Position numbers and translations under genes: made by a program. A DNA stretch of 64,000 bases from Octopus sinensis (lineage: Eukaryota): the NCBI RefSeq assembly GCF_006345805.1, contig NC_042998.1:53444001-53508000 (forward strand), given 5' to 3'. Shown here piece by piece: positions 51,990 to 64,000 of this stretch; the stretch's first letter is position 1; every line of letters starts with the position of its first letter. The notes beneath the pieces were generated by a model. It was given only the letters and a program-made list of their open reading frames with translations. It was not told the origin of the DNA and did no database searches.

Positions 51990-53299
51990 ATATTTATATA
52001 TATATATACACACACACATGCATGTATGTATTTATGTGTGCTTCTTTGTGTCTGTGTTTGTCCCCCAACCTTCACTTGACAACCGATGTTGGTGTGTTTA
52101 TGTCCCTGTAACTTAGCAGTTCAGCAAAAGAAACCAAAAGAATAAGTACTAAACTTACAAACAATAAATCCTGGGGTCAATTTCTTCGACTAAAACCCTT
52201 TGAGGTGGTGCTCCAGCATGGCTGCAGTCAAATGGCTGAAACGTGTAAAAGAATAAAAGAATGTTGTGAAAGGAAATGATGCAGAAGTGAATGAAAATCA
52301 AACATACAGGACTGCAGTGAATAAAGGATTAGAAATGTAATTACAACAATCAGCAGTGCTTTTTTTTTTTCAGCATTCACACAACCATGGATCATTTATT
52401 CATTTCACTCTATGGGTTCTTTTCTTCATATCTTACTCCTCTGTGTAGAAGCACATGGCCTAGCGGTTAGAGCAGCAGACTCACAGTTGAGGGATTGTGG
52501 GTTTGAATCTCAGACTATATGATGTGTGTGTTTATGAGCGAAACACCTAAGCTCCACACAGCTCCAGCAGAAGGTAATGGTGAACTTCCAGCTGACTCTT
52601 TCGCCACAACTTTCTCTCACTGTTTCCTCCTGCATTTAGCAGCTCACCTGCGATGGACCGGCGTCCCAAGGAAACTGGGGAAACCGGCCCTTATGAGCCA
52701 GGCATGGCTCGAGAAGGAACAAAATATCTTACTCCTCTACACTACTCCAAATAAAAACCCTTCATTTACTCTTCTTCTTGCCATACTGAATGTACCTCTT
52801 TCACTTGAAACCATAATAAGCATTAAGCTCCATCCTTCTTCTCTGAAATGCTAATTGTTGAAGTCTTTCTTCTGACTAAAATCTGAACATTTAGTTATGC
52901 AGCTCTTTTTCTTTTTACTTCTTTCTTTTACTTGCTTCAATTTTGTTGACTGTGGCCATGCTGGAGCACCGCCTTTACGAGTTTTTAGTTGAAGCAATTA
53001 AACCCAGGGCTCATTCTTTGTAAACCTAGTACTTATTCTATTGGTCTCCTTTGCTGAACTGCTAAGTTACAGTGTATGTAAACACACCATCATCGATTGT
53101 CAAGCAATGGTGGTGGGGACAAATACAGACTCATATGCATAAATATATACATATAGAGTTGCAAAAGTGGCTGCGTGGTAAGTAGCTTGCTTACCAACCA
53201 CATGCGTGGCACCTTGGGTAAGTGTCTTCTATTATAGCCTTGGTCCAACCAAAGCCTTGTGAGTGGATTTGGTAGACAGAAACTGAAAGAAGCCCATTG

Positions 53300-53398
<99 letters not shown>

Positions 53399-54633
53399 TT
53401 GTGTTTGTTCCCCCGCCATCGCTTAACAACCCACATTGGTGTGTTTATGTCTCCATAACATGGCGGTTTGGCAAAAAGAGACCGATAGAATAAGCACTAG
53501 GCTTACAAAAAATAAGTCCTGGGATCAATTTGTTTGTCTAAAGGCGGTACTCCAGCATGGCCACAGTCAAATGACTGAAACAAATAAAAGAGTAAAAGAG
53601 TGTGTGCGTATATATATATGTGTGTGTGTTTGTGTATGTGTGTGTGTTTATATTTCTTCTTATTTCCGTCTACCAAATCCACTCACAAGGCTTTGGTCAA
53701 CCTGAGGCTATAATAGAAGACACTTTCCCAATGTACCACACAGTGGGACTGAACCTGGAACCATGTGGTTAGGAAGTAAGCTATCTTGTGGCTTTATAAA
53801 TGATTTGTCATCAATAACTTAAAGGGTGTTAGAAATATAAGTGTCTCAGTTATCTAAAAAAGTATTCTAAGTTAAAATCTCACTGAAGTTGAATTAGACG
53901 TCCCATCTTCCAGAGTCAATAAAATAAGTACCTCGTATATACTAGTATATATATATTGTACTTCATCTAGTAGATTTATAGCCTTGCACCAATGGGAAAA
54001 AAAAACAATCATTTAATGAAGATATGCATGTGTATTCTAGTGCCTCTAGAATATTCAAAACAAATGTTGATGAGATTTGAAAAAGTTCATGCTTAATTTT
54101 AGGTATTTGAATTTGAGCAAATAATCTAAATATCACTGACATAACTCTTTTATTCTTTTACTTGTTTCAGTCATTTGACTGTGGCCATGCTGGAGCACCG
54201 CCTTTAGTCGAGCAAATCGACCCCAGGACTTATTCTTTGTAAGCTTAGTACTTATTCTATTGGTCTCTTTTGCCGAACTGCTACGTTAGAAGGATGCAAA
54301 CACACCAGCCTCAGTTGTCAAGCGATGTTAGGGGGACAAACACAGACACACAAACATACATATATATATACATATATACAACGGACTTCTTTCAGTTTCC
54401 GTTTACCAAATCCACTCACAAGGCTTTAGTTGGCCTGAGGCTATATTAGAAGACACTTACCCAAGGTGCCACGCAGTGAGACTGAACCGGAACTATGTGG
54501 TTCATAAGCAAGCTACTTACCACACAGCCACTCCTACGTCTGTTGTTGAGATTTTTAACAATGTTGATCAACTTACCTTCTCTTAAACCAGACCAATACA
54601 TAATCACTCCAAGCACCTAACCATAACACTTAC

Positions 54634-55160
54634 CTAGCATCTAAATACAAATACAAAGCAAACCAAACTACATTATATCTTTCTAAGGCACTATACATCA
54701 TATCTCTTGAATCTTCTGGCATTTCAAGGCACTTACTCATTTCAAGATCTGCAGGGTATTTGATTTTTATGAACCATTTAAGATAGCTAAGCATAGGACT
54801 GAAAGAATTCCTCTTGTTCTATATCTCTCTTAATATCCTTCACTCAACCAACACCCATATCACTAGAATGTGAAGTTGTTCCTTTAAAATTGCAGTACAG
54901 CAATACAAGTGAAGATGACAGCTTATAAATTCCTGATGGCTTTTTACCACCATCATAACACCTGCAAAACAACCCCCTGAAAATCAAAGGATATTTTTAT
55001 ACATCGCAGTGGTTGAAAGCTGACTTACCTTCTATAAGGTCATATAGTTTTCCATGATCCTGCCAAGAGAATCTTTTTGCATATATTTCAGAATCACCAA
55101 ATCCACTCACTGCAAGTCTAAGTCAGCCAAGGACAAAGGTGAAGAATGCATCAATATCTT
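54634..55160 (-). pseudogene. Coding-like segment: hAT transposase relic, or exons of the host gene
   Basis: One frame with 3 stops and 1 frameshift gives LYDLIE..RG..CYDGGKKPSGIYK..EEFF (hAT CYDG..MSG.Y-like); the same DNA also has strong GTAAGT donors at 55028 and 54633. Confidence 0.4.
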
Positions 55161-55738
55161 TATAATAATAATATTAAACAACAACAACAAATTAAGCTGA
55201 AACATATCAGGAATATATCAAGTTATTAAGCTGACAAGAACAAGCATCACACTTTGATATTAGAAAAAAAAAAAAGAAATGGAGAAGTGACATGAGGTAG
55301 CTGTTTTATAGTCATTTTATCTACTAGAAACAGTTGCCAAATTCCCTTTGTTTACCCTAGTGTCTGAAAATATGAGGAGCATATTAGAGTAATGTAGTCA
55401 TAGAAATACTAAACAATGAAATGGTTATGTCTAGGATGACTTTACCCATAGATATACTCAGGAAAATGTAAAGTACATTTGGAGAGTCAGAGTACTGGTC
55501 TGGGTTTAAGAAAGGCCATATGACAAATAGGTTTTAAAGCACAACAAAAATCCAAGTGATGCTGCAGCACAATTCTCTACCTATGCACATCTTCACATTT
55601 TAGAAAGATCCATCTTTTGATTCTATTCTAAGATCTTCATTCACCAACATGCTACTGCTAATAACTCAAAGACACTGTTTCTGTTTTTTTCTCTTCTGCT
55701 GCCATGTCCTGGTCTTCTGAATTAACATGATGCATAGG

Positions 55739-56650
55739 CAAGGTGGAATCAAAAAGTTCCTGGACTGGTTCTGTAGTGCATTAACAGATGGCAGCACATG
55801 GTTGTGTGTGCAGTGAGAGCTAGCAGTGACCTTCACGAGGCATTATGCTGAGTGTCATTGCTGTGTTGACTTTGCGAGTTGTGAAACTTGTGTTTTTATG
55901 ATCACACGTATGCTGTAGTCTGTGATTTTTGTCATGGAAAGAAACTTGGAACAAAGAGCCAACGTGAAATTTTGTGTTAAACTTGGGAAGTCTGTCACAG
56001 AGGTATTGACCATATTTCAGCAAGCTTATGGCGACAAGGCAATGGGTCACAAGCAATGTTTTGAGTGGCACACATGTTTTAAAAGTGGAAGGACATCCCT
56101 GGAATATGATGAGTAATCCGGATGACCTGCCACGTGTGTCACCCCAGGAAATGTGGAGAAAATACCTCAGCTTGTGCATAAAGATCGTTGGAGGACAATC
56201 AATGATGTTTACAAAAGGGCACATTTAATGAAAGCAACTGGATCTATGGAGCGTGAAGAATTGGATTCTTCATGACAACAGTAAACCTTGTCACAGAGTT
56301 TTCCTCACTCAAGAGTTTCTCACCAAAAACAACATGGTATCACTTCTGCTCCCACCCTATTCGTCAGATTTAGAACCCACGGACCTCTGTCTCTTTCCCA
56401 AGGGGAAAATGCAGCTCAAAGGTTGCCATTTTAACACTGCTGTCAAGATCAAGAGCAAATCATAGAAAGTCTTCAACCTCATTTACAGAAAACAACCTCC
56501 AGACCAGATTCCAAAAGTGGCAGGAATGCTGAGACTGGTGTATTGCTGGGCAAGGTGACAATTTTGAAGGAGATAATGTTAAAACTTAGGTAAACAAATC
56601 ATTTTTTATTAAACATAACTAATCTGGGTACTTTTTGATATGACCTTGTA
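55739..56650 (+). mobile_element. Internally deleted, degenerate mariner element
   Basis: TIRs caaggtggaatcaaaaagttcc / ggtactttttgatatgaccttgta; HTH EQRANVKFCVKLGKS..FEW..FKSGR; catalytic ILHDNSKPCH..PPYSSDLEPTD. Confidence 0.92.
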
Positions 56651-57949
56651 TTTCTTCATCCAGACCATTCATCACTTTCTGTCTCTTACTCTTTGGATCC
56701 CATCTTAAACTACCTTCTCAATCCTTTCTCCACAGGACTAGATCAATCTGGAATCACTACAACCTTGATCCTATAGTCTAGAAGCTTCTGCAATGACCAC
56801 GAGCACAACTTTTATTTTCTGAATAATTTGACAAAATAGCAAAAGAGCAAAAAACAAACAAAAAAAAACAAACATACAATGAAATGACAAGCATTGCTTA
56901 TTATCTGTAAAAGCTTTACTGTGGAATAATTCAAAGCAACTGCCTGCTCTTCAACTTGCAAAGAAACAATTGATAAGCCATAAGATGTGTATTCAAGAAC
57001 TGGCAAGCTTTTGCAAATAGTATACTGTTTTTTTACTCTTTCCTGTTCCTAAAGATTTCATCCGGTGAACATTTTTGCAACAATTCTGAAAATAATCTTC
57101 TTATTCTAATGGATTCTTACTTGCCTCTGGCTCAATTCCAAACAATAGTTTATTCTCCCTTTTTCTGTTTGTTATTTAATATTCTGACAATATTCTTCAA
57201 TTTGATACTTTTTTATTTTTTTATTTTTATTCTCTTTGTCCCACAATTCATAATAATTTTTTCTTTTTATATTCTAAAATTCTGAAATACTATCTTTCCT
57301 TCTTCATTTGCACATGATTGCATCTTCTTAATCCAGACTTGAGAAGCTGGCATTTCCCTACCTTCCCAAGCAACCCCCAAGAAATGGCTCGACGTTCTTT
57401 CTTATTGTTCCTTCCTTTGTCTGTATCGAAGCAGTCCTCATAATTGTCAACACTGTTGGAATCATCATTTCCGCCACAGCTGTCACTTCCATGACACCAA
57501 CACCACCACCACCACCACCACCATCACAACCACCACCACCAGCACCATCACCACTACCATCACCACTACAACTACTACTATCACCATCATTACAATCACC
57601 GGTATCACAACCACTGCTGTTACCGCTATTGCTGCCACCACCACCACTACCACTATTATCACTACCAACAGCAACAATAGCATATGACAGTAATCCAAAT
57701 TATTCATATTTTCTGTGTCCATTGATCAGGTGAAGAAAATGCTGGCAAGTACTTGTTTCAACTATTTTTCTTTTTGCTTACCAACTAAGTTATTTCCTAA
57801 GAAAATAGCCTCATCATATAATGCTATTATTATGATTTTGGAATACACTGCTGTGGAAAAATACCAAAATTTTCTTTAAAATACATTTTATGTTTACCCT
57901 TGTTTCTTTTTTTGTTTCTGAAAATATATACTCAGCATTATATAAATAC

Positions 57950-58450
57950 ATCATCATCATCGTTTAACATCTGCTTTCCATGCTAGCATGAGTTGGACGA
58001 TTTGACTGAGGACTAACGAACCAGATGGCAGCACCAGGCTCCAATCTGATCAGGCAGAGTTTCTACAGCTGGATGCCCTTCCTAACACCAACCACTCTGA
58101 GAGTGTAGTGGGTGCTTTTACGTGCCACCGGCACGAGGGCCAGTCAGGCAGTACTGGCAATGGCCATGCTCAAATGATGTTGTTTACATTCCACCTACAC
58201 AGGAGCCAGTCCAGTGGCACTGGCAACGACCTTGCTTGAATATTTTTTCCTGTGCTACCAGCACAAGTGCCAGTAAGGTGACGCTGGTAATGATCATGCT
58301 TGAATGGTGTTTTTTACGTGCCACCGGCACAGAAGCCAGTTAGCTGCTCTGGCAATGATCACACTTGGATGGTGCTCTTAGTGCTCCACTAGCACGGATG
58401 CCAGTCATTGAATTTGATTTCAATTTCACTTTCCTCAAGAGGTCTTCGCA
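57950..58450 (-). mobile_element. RTE-related repeat family E with (GAT)n tail, representative copy
   Basis: GGATGCCCTTCCTAAC..CAACCAC motif and (CAT)n end on plus; copies at about 13850, 14350, 15920, 21220, 30190, 30480, 31750, 47045. Confidence 0.8.
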
Positions 58451-58924
58451 AGCAGAGTTTAGTGTCAAAAGAAGGAAAGGTATGCATTAAATAAGTATTA
58501 ATAAATAATATAGCTGTGGCTGTGTGGTAAGAAGCTTGCTTCCTAATCATACGGTTCTGGGTTCAGTCTCACTGCATGGCACCCTGGGCTAGTGTCTTCT
58601 ACTATAGCCTCAGGCTGACCAAAGCCTGATGAGTGGATTTGGCAGATGGAAACTGAAAGAAGCCCGTGGTATCTATATATATATATGTATTTATATGTGT
58701 GTGTCTTTGCATCTGTTTTTGTATCCCAACCATCACTTGAAAACCAATGTTGGCTTGTTTATATCCCTTTTATCTTAGAGGTTCAGCAAAAGAGACCGAT
58801 AGAATAAGTACTAGGCTTATAAACAATAAGTCCTGGGGTTTATTTCTGCAATCAAAAATCCTTTATGGCAGTGCTCCAACATGACCACAGTCAAATGACT
58901 GAAACAAGTTTAAGAATAACTTAT

Positions 58925-59730
58925 CAATATTGGGCTGAAAAGTTCATAGGCTGACTATGAAGGAGTGATGCCAAAGCTGTGAAATCTTGCATGCATAAAT
59001 TTCATCTTTCTTTATTAATAACTGAATTGTTTCTTTCTGGGTAAACTGACATCTGACTGTTGAAAGAATACTTCCAAAGTAACTAATAGCGACTTCTCTT
59101 GAAAATGGTCAATATACAGCAATGTAATGTTATTAAGTATCTACAGAAAAATGGGTTTGGCCCCCTAAGACATTCATGCTGACATGGTTGCTAAATTAGG
59201 GGATGAAACTTCAGTTTTATCAACTGTGCAAAAGTGAGCAGCTGGATTTAGGAGAAGAAGAGAGAATCTTGAAGATGACCCAATGTCTGGACATCCTGCA
59301 ACTACCACCACTGAAGAAAACATTGATTGTGTTTGCCACATAAAGTTAATGTTAAAGTTTCCTTCTCAAGTCATACTGACTCATAACGGCTGGTTTCCTG
59401 GTTTTCATGGCGTATATATTCCCCACCTGGATAGGATCCTGGTCTGTTGCAGGATTACTCACTTTTGCCAGCTGAGTGAACTGGTGCAATGTGAAATGAA
59501 GTGTTTTGCTCAAAAGCACAATGTGTCACCTGGTCCAGGAATCGAAACCACAATCTTATGATCATGAGTCCAGCACCCTAACCACTAAGCCACACATCTC
59601 CACTGTTCACCACATGCTGATGGATGACAGACATTTGACTATAAGTCAAATAGTCAATGATATTAACATAGCCTGTGAGAGAGTTGGGAATATTCTGCAC
59701 TATGAACTCGGCATGGCAACAGAGAGATTT
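58925..59730 (+). mobile_element. 5' part of a mariner element interrupted by a tRNA-derived SINE (59342-59603, minus)
   Basis: IKYLQK..DIHADMV..LEDDPMSGHP..EENIDCV | HHMLMDDRHLTISQI..ILHYELGM; about 12-bp TSD tgtttgccacat / tgttcaccacat. Confidence 0.85.
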
Positions 59731-60431
59731 TATCTTGGATGAAAACGATAGTGACTTTCCTATTAGTGGTGTATATTTATATATTATGTATGATACATAG
59801 ATGTCTGTAACAATTGCACTGTTACTTTTCTGTACGGAGAAATATTACATTGCTTGGAAACAGGTGAAGGTTGGTGACAACAGAGGCATCTGATTTAGAG
59901 AATCTGTCTCAACAAATTTCATCTGACCCATGCAAGCATGGAAAAGTGGGCATTAAAATCAATGATGATGATATATTCAATTAGCTCTATTTCAGGTTTA
60001 ACTTTATTTATCTTGTTTATAATTCATTATTATATCTATGACAATATTCAATGCAAGTTACTCAAACAATAAAATTATTTGGTGACTAAACTTACTTTTG
60101 AAGATAATATGAAAGCATCATCTTCAAACAAAAGTTTTCATCTTTCAATTTGTTTCTCACTAATTTAATGTTGATTTCTATCTTTCTTTTATTCTATTTC
60201 ATTTTAGATATTTTAAAGATGTTTCAGATTTGATGGTTAGATAAAAATTGCAAATATTCAGAGTAATATTTTATTTTATTTTTTTTAAATCTGTGAACCT
60301 GACCGACAATGCAAGAGTAAATTAATTTGCCCATTCCCTTCCTGTTCTTGTAAATCTGTAATTTTGTGCCATTGTTTCTAATTATTATCATCATCATCAT
60401 CATCATTATTGTTATTATTATTATTATTATT

Positions 60432-60599
60432 CTATGTTTGACTTTTGCTTTATGTCTGTACAAGTTAGCTCCAAGTCTCACCCAGAGACCTCAAGAGACA
60501 ACAGGTTGGAAGTTCTGTGCCATATATTTGGGTTTTTTTTTTTTTTTTTGGTGTTGTACTAGTGAATGTCTTATACATAAAAATAAAATAAAATAAAAT

Positions 60600-60632
<33 letters not shown>

Positions 60633-62159
60633 AGTTTGTTTTAAACCTTGGGATTACATAGAGAGTATTTTGTGTAGGATATGAGCAGTTCCCATGAGCA
60701 CTATCTTTTGAATTTCTGCCATTTTGGGGTTTCCTGGTATCTGAGTTAGGTAGCAATTAGTCCCTTTCACTATCATTCCCAGGGCACCTATGACAACAGG
60801 TATTGTTTTAGTCTTCAGCTTCCACATTTTGCTGATTTCTATTTCAAGATCTTTATATTTGCTCAGTTTTTGGTAGGTCTTGACAGATACGTTTATATCG
60901 ATTGGGACAGTCATATCAATGAGGAGGCATGTTCTTTGTCTGAAGTCTTTCAATATGATGTCTGGCCTATTTGCATCTATCTTCCTGTCAGTTTGAATGG
61001 TGAAGTTCCAGAGGAGTGAGATGTGGTCATTTTCAAGCACTGGAGGTGGATTGTGTTCCCACCAGTTTTTTTCATGGGGCAAATCCAGGTTTTTGCAAAT
61101 TACCCAGTGAATATATTGTGCAGCTCTATCATGCCTGTTGAGGTACTCTGTAGGCGCTAGAAGACTGCATTTGGAGACAACATGATCAATGGTTTCATTT
61201 TGTTGTTGGCATACACGACATGTTGGGCTACTGCCATTCTTTAATATGTTGGCCTGGTAGTTTCTTGTTGGTAGGCATTGATCTTGAGCTGCTATGATAA
61301 ACCCCTCTGTTTCAGATTTTAAGCCAGAGGCCATTAACCATTGATGAGTCAGGGCTTTGTCAATATCTGCATTATTCGCTCTCTTTGGGTATTTGCCATA
61401 GAGAGGTTTTTCTTGCCATTTATTATTCAGAATATCTAAGGCCGCAGTTTTGGCACGGGTTTTCATGCGCTTAGCTTTTTCTGTGCTTGTTTCTTGTATG
61501 TCTATCTCTAATTCCGAAATTGGTTGTATTCGGAATTCACTTAGATATTCCTTTGCCTGTTTTGTGACTGAGTATGATGCTTTCTTGTTTTCATGTTTTG
61601 AGACAAGTTTTAACATCCAGTCCTCAGAGTTTTTCAGGTAGGTGTCTAGGCCAATTGTAGCAATCTTCATTGTTATTGCCAGTTGTAAAAGACCACGGCC
61701 TCCCTCTTTTCTTGGCAGATAGAGTCGTACTGTATCTGCTTTAGGGTGGTGCATTCTATGCATTGTCAACAGTTTCCTTATTTTTCTGTCGAGCTGACAT
61801 ATTTTAGTAATTGACCAGTTAACAATATTGAAACTGTAAGTCACGACTGGTATAGCTAATGCATTGATCGCTTCGATCCTGTTTCTTGCATTCAGCTCTG
61901 TCTTGAGTATTGCTCTCACTCTTCGATAGCATTCTCTCCTGATCCTTTCCTTCATCTCTGAATGCCTTATTCCGTTCCCTTCAATTACCCCTAGGTACTT
62001 GTAGCTCTCCGCTGGGTCTAGTTCTTTTATGACATTCTGCTGGTCAAGGTTAACGTTAGATGTTTCTGTCATTTTTCCTTTGATAAAGGTAGCTTTTGCA
62101 CATTTATCGAGGCCGAATTGCATTCTGATGTCGTCACTGAATTGTTTGACTATCGCTAG
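60432..62159 (-). mobile_element. 5'-truncated R4/Dong-clade LINE inserted in a (TAA)n microsatellite
   Basis: ORF above plus about 220-bp 3' UTR; both junctions abut (TTA)n on the plus strand. Confidence 0.88.
60654..62123 (-). CDS. R4/Dong-type non-LTR retrotransposon polyprotein, C-terminal half (end of RT/thumb, CCHC knuckle, restriction-like endonuclease)
   Basis: 489-aa uninterrupted ORF: FGLDKC, YKYLG, LYLPRKEGGRGL, CRVC..ETIDHVVSKC, RPDIIL..LIDMTVP..KY.DL, PVVIGALG; open frame extends upstream to the truncation at about 62159. Confidence 0.93.
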   Translation of the reverse strand: MQFGLDKCAKATFIKGKMTETSNVNLDQQNVIKELDPAESYKYLGVIEGNGIRHSEMKERIRRECYRRVRAILKTELNARNRIEAINALAIPVVTYSFNIVNWSITKICQLDRKIRKLLTMHRMHHPKADTVRLYLPRKEGGRGLLQLAITMKIATIGLDTYLKNSEDWMLKLVSKHENKKASYSVTKQAKEYLSEFRIQPISELEIDIQETSTEKAKRMKTRAKTAALDILNNKWQEKPLYGKYPKRANNADIDKALTHQWLMASGLKSETEGFIIAAQDQCLPTRNYQANILKNGSSPTCRVCQQQNETIDHVVSKCSLLAPTEYLNRHDRAAQYIHWVICKNLDLPHEKNWWEHNPPPVLENDHISLLWNFTIQTDRKIDANRPDIILKDFRQRTCLLIDMTVPIDINVSVKTYQKLSKYKDLEIEISKMWKLKTKTIPVVIGALGMIVKGTNCYLTQIPGNPKMAEIQKIVLMGTAHILHKILSM

Positions 62160-62227
62160 TTATTATTATTATTATTATTATTATATTATTATTATTATCA
62201 TCATTATTATTATTATTATTATTATTA

Positions 62228-62289
<62 letters not shown>

Positions 62290-62431
62290 GGGCAGGGAGA
62301 ATCGTAAGTACGCCAGGGAAAATGCTTAGTGGCAATTTGTCAGTCTTTACATTCTGAGTTCAAATTCTGTCGAGGGCTACTTTGCCTTTCATCCTTTCAG
62401 GCTTGATAAACTAAGTACCAGAGATTCCCAT

Positions 62432-62764
62432 TTGGTGTATATGGCAGAATGCATAAAACACAACTTGATTTATGTTGGTTGTACAAAAGAACAATTAAAC
62501 AAGATGTTTAATGGGAACAGATATGATGTCAGGCACAATCACAATTGTTCGACAGAACTTGCTGATTATTTTGCTTCAAACAACTGCAACTTTGAAAAAG
62601 ACTTGAAAGTGCATATTCTTAGAAAATATTCTGAATCTCCTTCACTTTCAATACTCAAAATGCACGAGGAGAAATATGTTTGTGGGTTATTAGCATCACA
62701 CCCTGGAGGAATGAATAAAATGACAGTAGAATTTCGTCAAATTTATACAAAACTGTTTGATTAA
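62432..62764 (+). CDS. GIY-YIG endonuclease domain of a Penelope-like element (fragment)
   Basis: VYMAECIKHNLIYVGCT..LNK.F..., ELADYF, LKVHIL, E.KY.C.L....PGGMN pattern; no RT upstream, so truncated. Confidence 0.8.
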   Translation: MVYMAECIKHNLIYVGCTKEQLNKMFNGNRYDVRHNHNCSTELADYFASNNCNFEKDLKVHILRKYSESPSLSILKMHEEKYVCGLLASHPGGMNKMTVEFRQIYTKLFD

Positions 62765-63044
62765 ATATTCTTTTCCTCTTCTTTTTTTCTTTCCTTTTTT
62801 CTCTGTCTTTTCCTTTTTGCCAGTTATAAAATTGAAACTTCAAGACTGATTATGTCATTCCACCAAAATGAAGATGCTGGTTGCTCTCATTCATACTTTA
62901 GATTTAAATTTCTATAATTTTGAATTTTTATCAATTTTTATTTTGAACTTTACAACAACAGGCTTGCTGTCAAAATATCATTCAACCAATAAAACATCTA
63001 TTGCAATCACATTGTGCTCTTCATCTTGTCTATTATTATTATTA

Positions 63045-63098
<54 letters not shown>

Positions 63099-64000
63099 GG
63101 CAGTGAGCTGGCAGAATTGATAGCACACACGGCAAAATGCTTAGTGGTATTTTGTCCATATTCACACTCTGAGTTCAAATTCTACTGAGGTCGGCTTTGC
63201 CTGGCATCCTTTCAGGTTTCATAAAATAAGTACCAGTTGAATATTTGAAACCATTATTAATTTTACTATTGTTATCATTATTATTATCGTCATCATTATC
63301 ATCATCATCATTATCATCATCATCATTACTAAGGCAGTGTGTTGGCAGAATTATTAGCATGCAGGACAAAATGCATTCATTGTTTCATCTATTTTTATGT
63401 TCTGAGTTCAAATTCCAGCAAGGTTGACTTTGTTTTTAATCCTTTTGGGGTTGATAAAAATAAGTAGCAATTGAGTACTGGGGTCAATGTAATCGACTAG
63501 CTCCCTGTCCCAAAATTTCAGGCCTTATGACCTATAGTGGAAAGAATTATTATTAGAAATAATGGTAAATGGCAGAGTCAGTAGAGAACCAGACAACTTG
63601 AATAGTGGTGGTTAGTTATGTATCTTTGAGTTTCTAATTAGTGGCCTGACTGAATCAACTTTACACAGCATATTTCCAGCATTGATAAAATTAGTACCTA
63701 TCAAGTGCTTGGATTGACTGAATCACCTATAGCAATGTTTCTCAACAAGTTTCCATATGACTTTTGGGGTTCTATATAGGATTTTGTTGTTAAAGTCTAA
63801 ATGCAATAAATTGATTCATACTTCTACAATACACAAAATATTTTAACAGATTTTTTCATACAATTCCTAATAATAATGAGGTAGTGATTTCGATCCTTGC
63901 ATTCTTGAGCAGGTCACTTTATTTCATGTTGGTCCAGTTCATTCAGCTGTAGAAATGAGTTGCAACATCACTGGTGCCAAGCTGTATTAGCCCTTGCCTT

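Noticed and set aside
57358-57733. Pro-rich (+) and Gly/Val-rich (-) ORFs
   Set aside because: Degenerate (CCA/CTA)n tract; no reliable splice context established.

Overview
Extremely repeat-rich, AT-rich eukaryotic genomic DNA. The SINE families and dense (TA/CA/TACA/TCTA/TTA/GAT)n microsatellites point to an octopus or other coleoid cephalopod (inference). Nearly all ORFs in the supplied track are microsatellite or SINE artefacts. Real coding signals: (i) a 5'-truncated but uninterrupted R4/Dong-type (RLE) non-LTR retrotransposon ORF at 60654-62123(-), inserted in a (TAA)n tract, with a decayed second copy at 42.6-43.1 kb also in (TAA)n; (ii) a Penelope-type GIY-YIG fragment; (iii) several mariner remnants and MITEs, hAT relics and MITEs, RTE fragments, piggyBac-like MITEs and Helentron-like elements; (iv) a hand-built chain of about 20 small, mostly phase-compatible exons on the minus strand (about 50.3 to 19.2 kb) of an unidentified host gene that the ORF track largely misses. 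Most unusual: three distinct hammerhead-ribozyme-like motifs of the Penelope type. One is part of a tRNA-like head + (TAA)n + hammerhead unit present as a head-to-head inverted dimer (48518-48971), and another sits in a 414-bp near-perfect palindrome. All calls are by eye, with no database search; TE boundaries are approximate unless a TIR or TSD is quoted.
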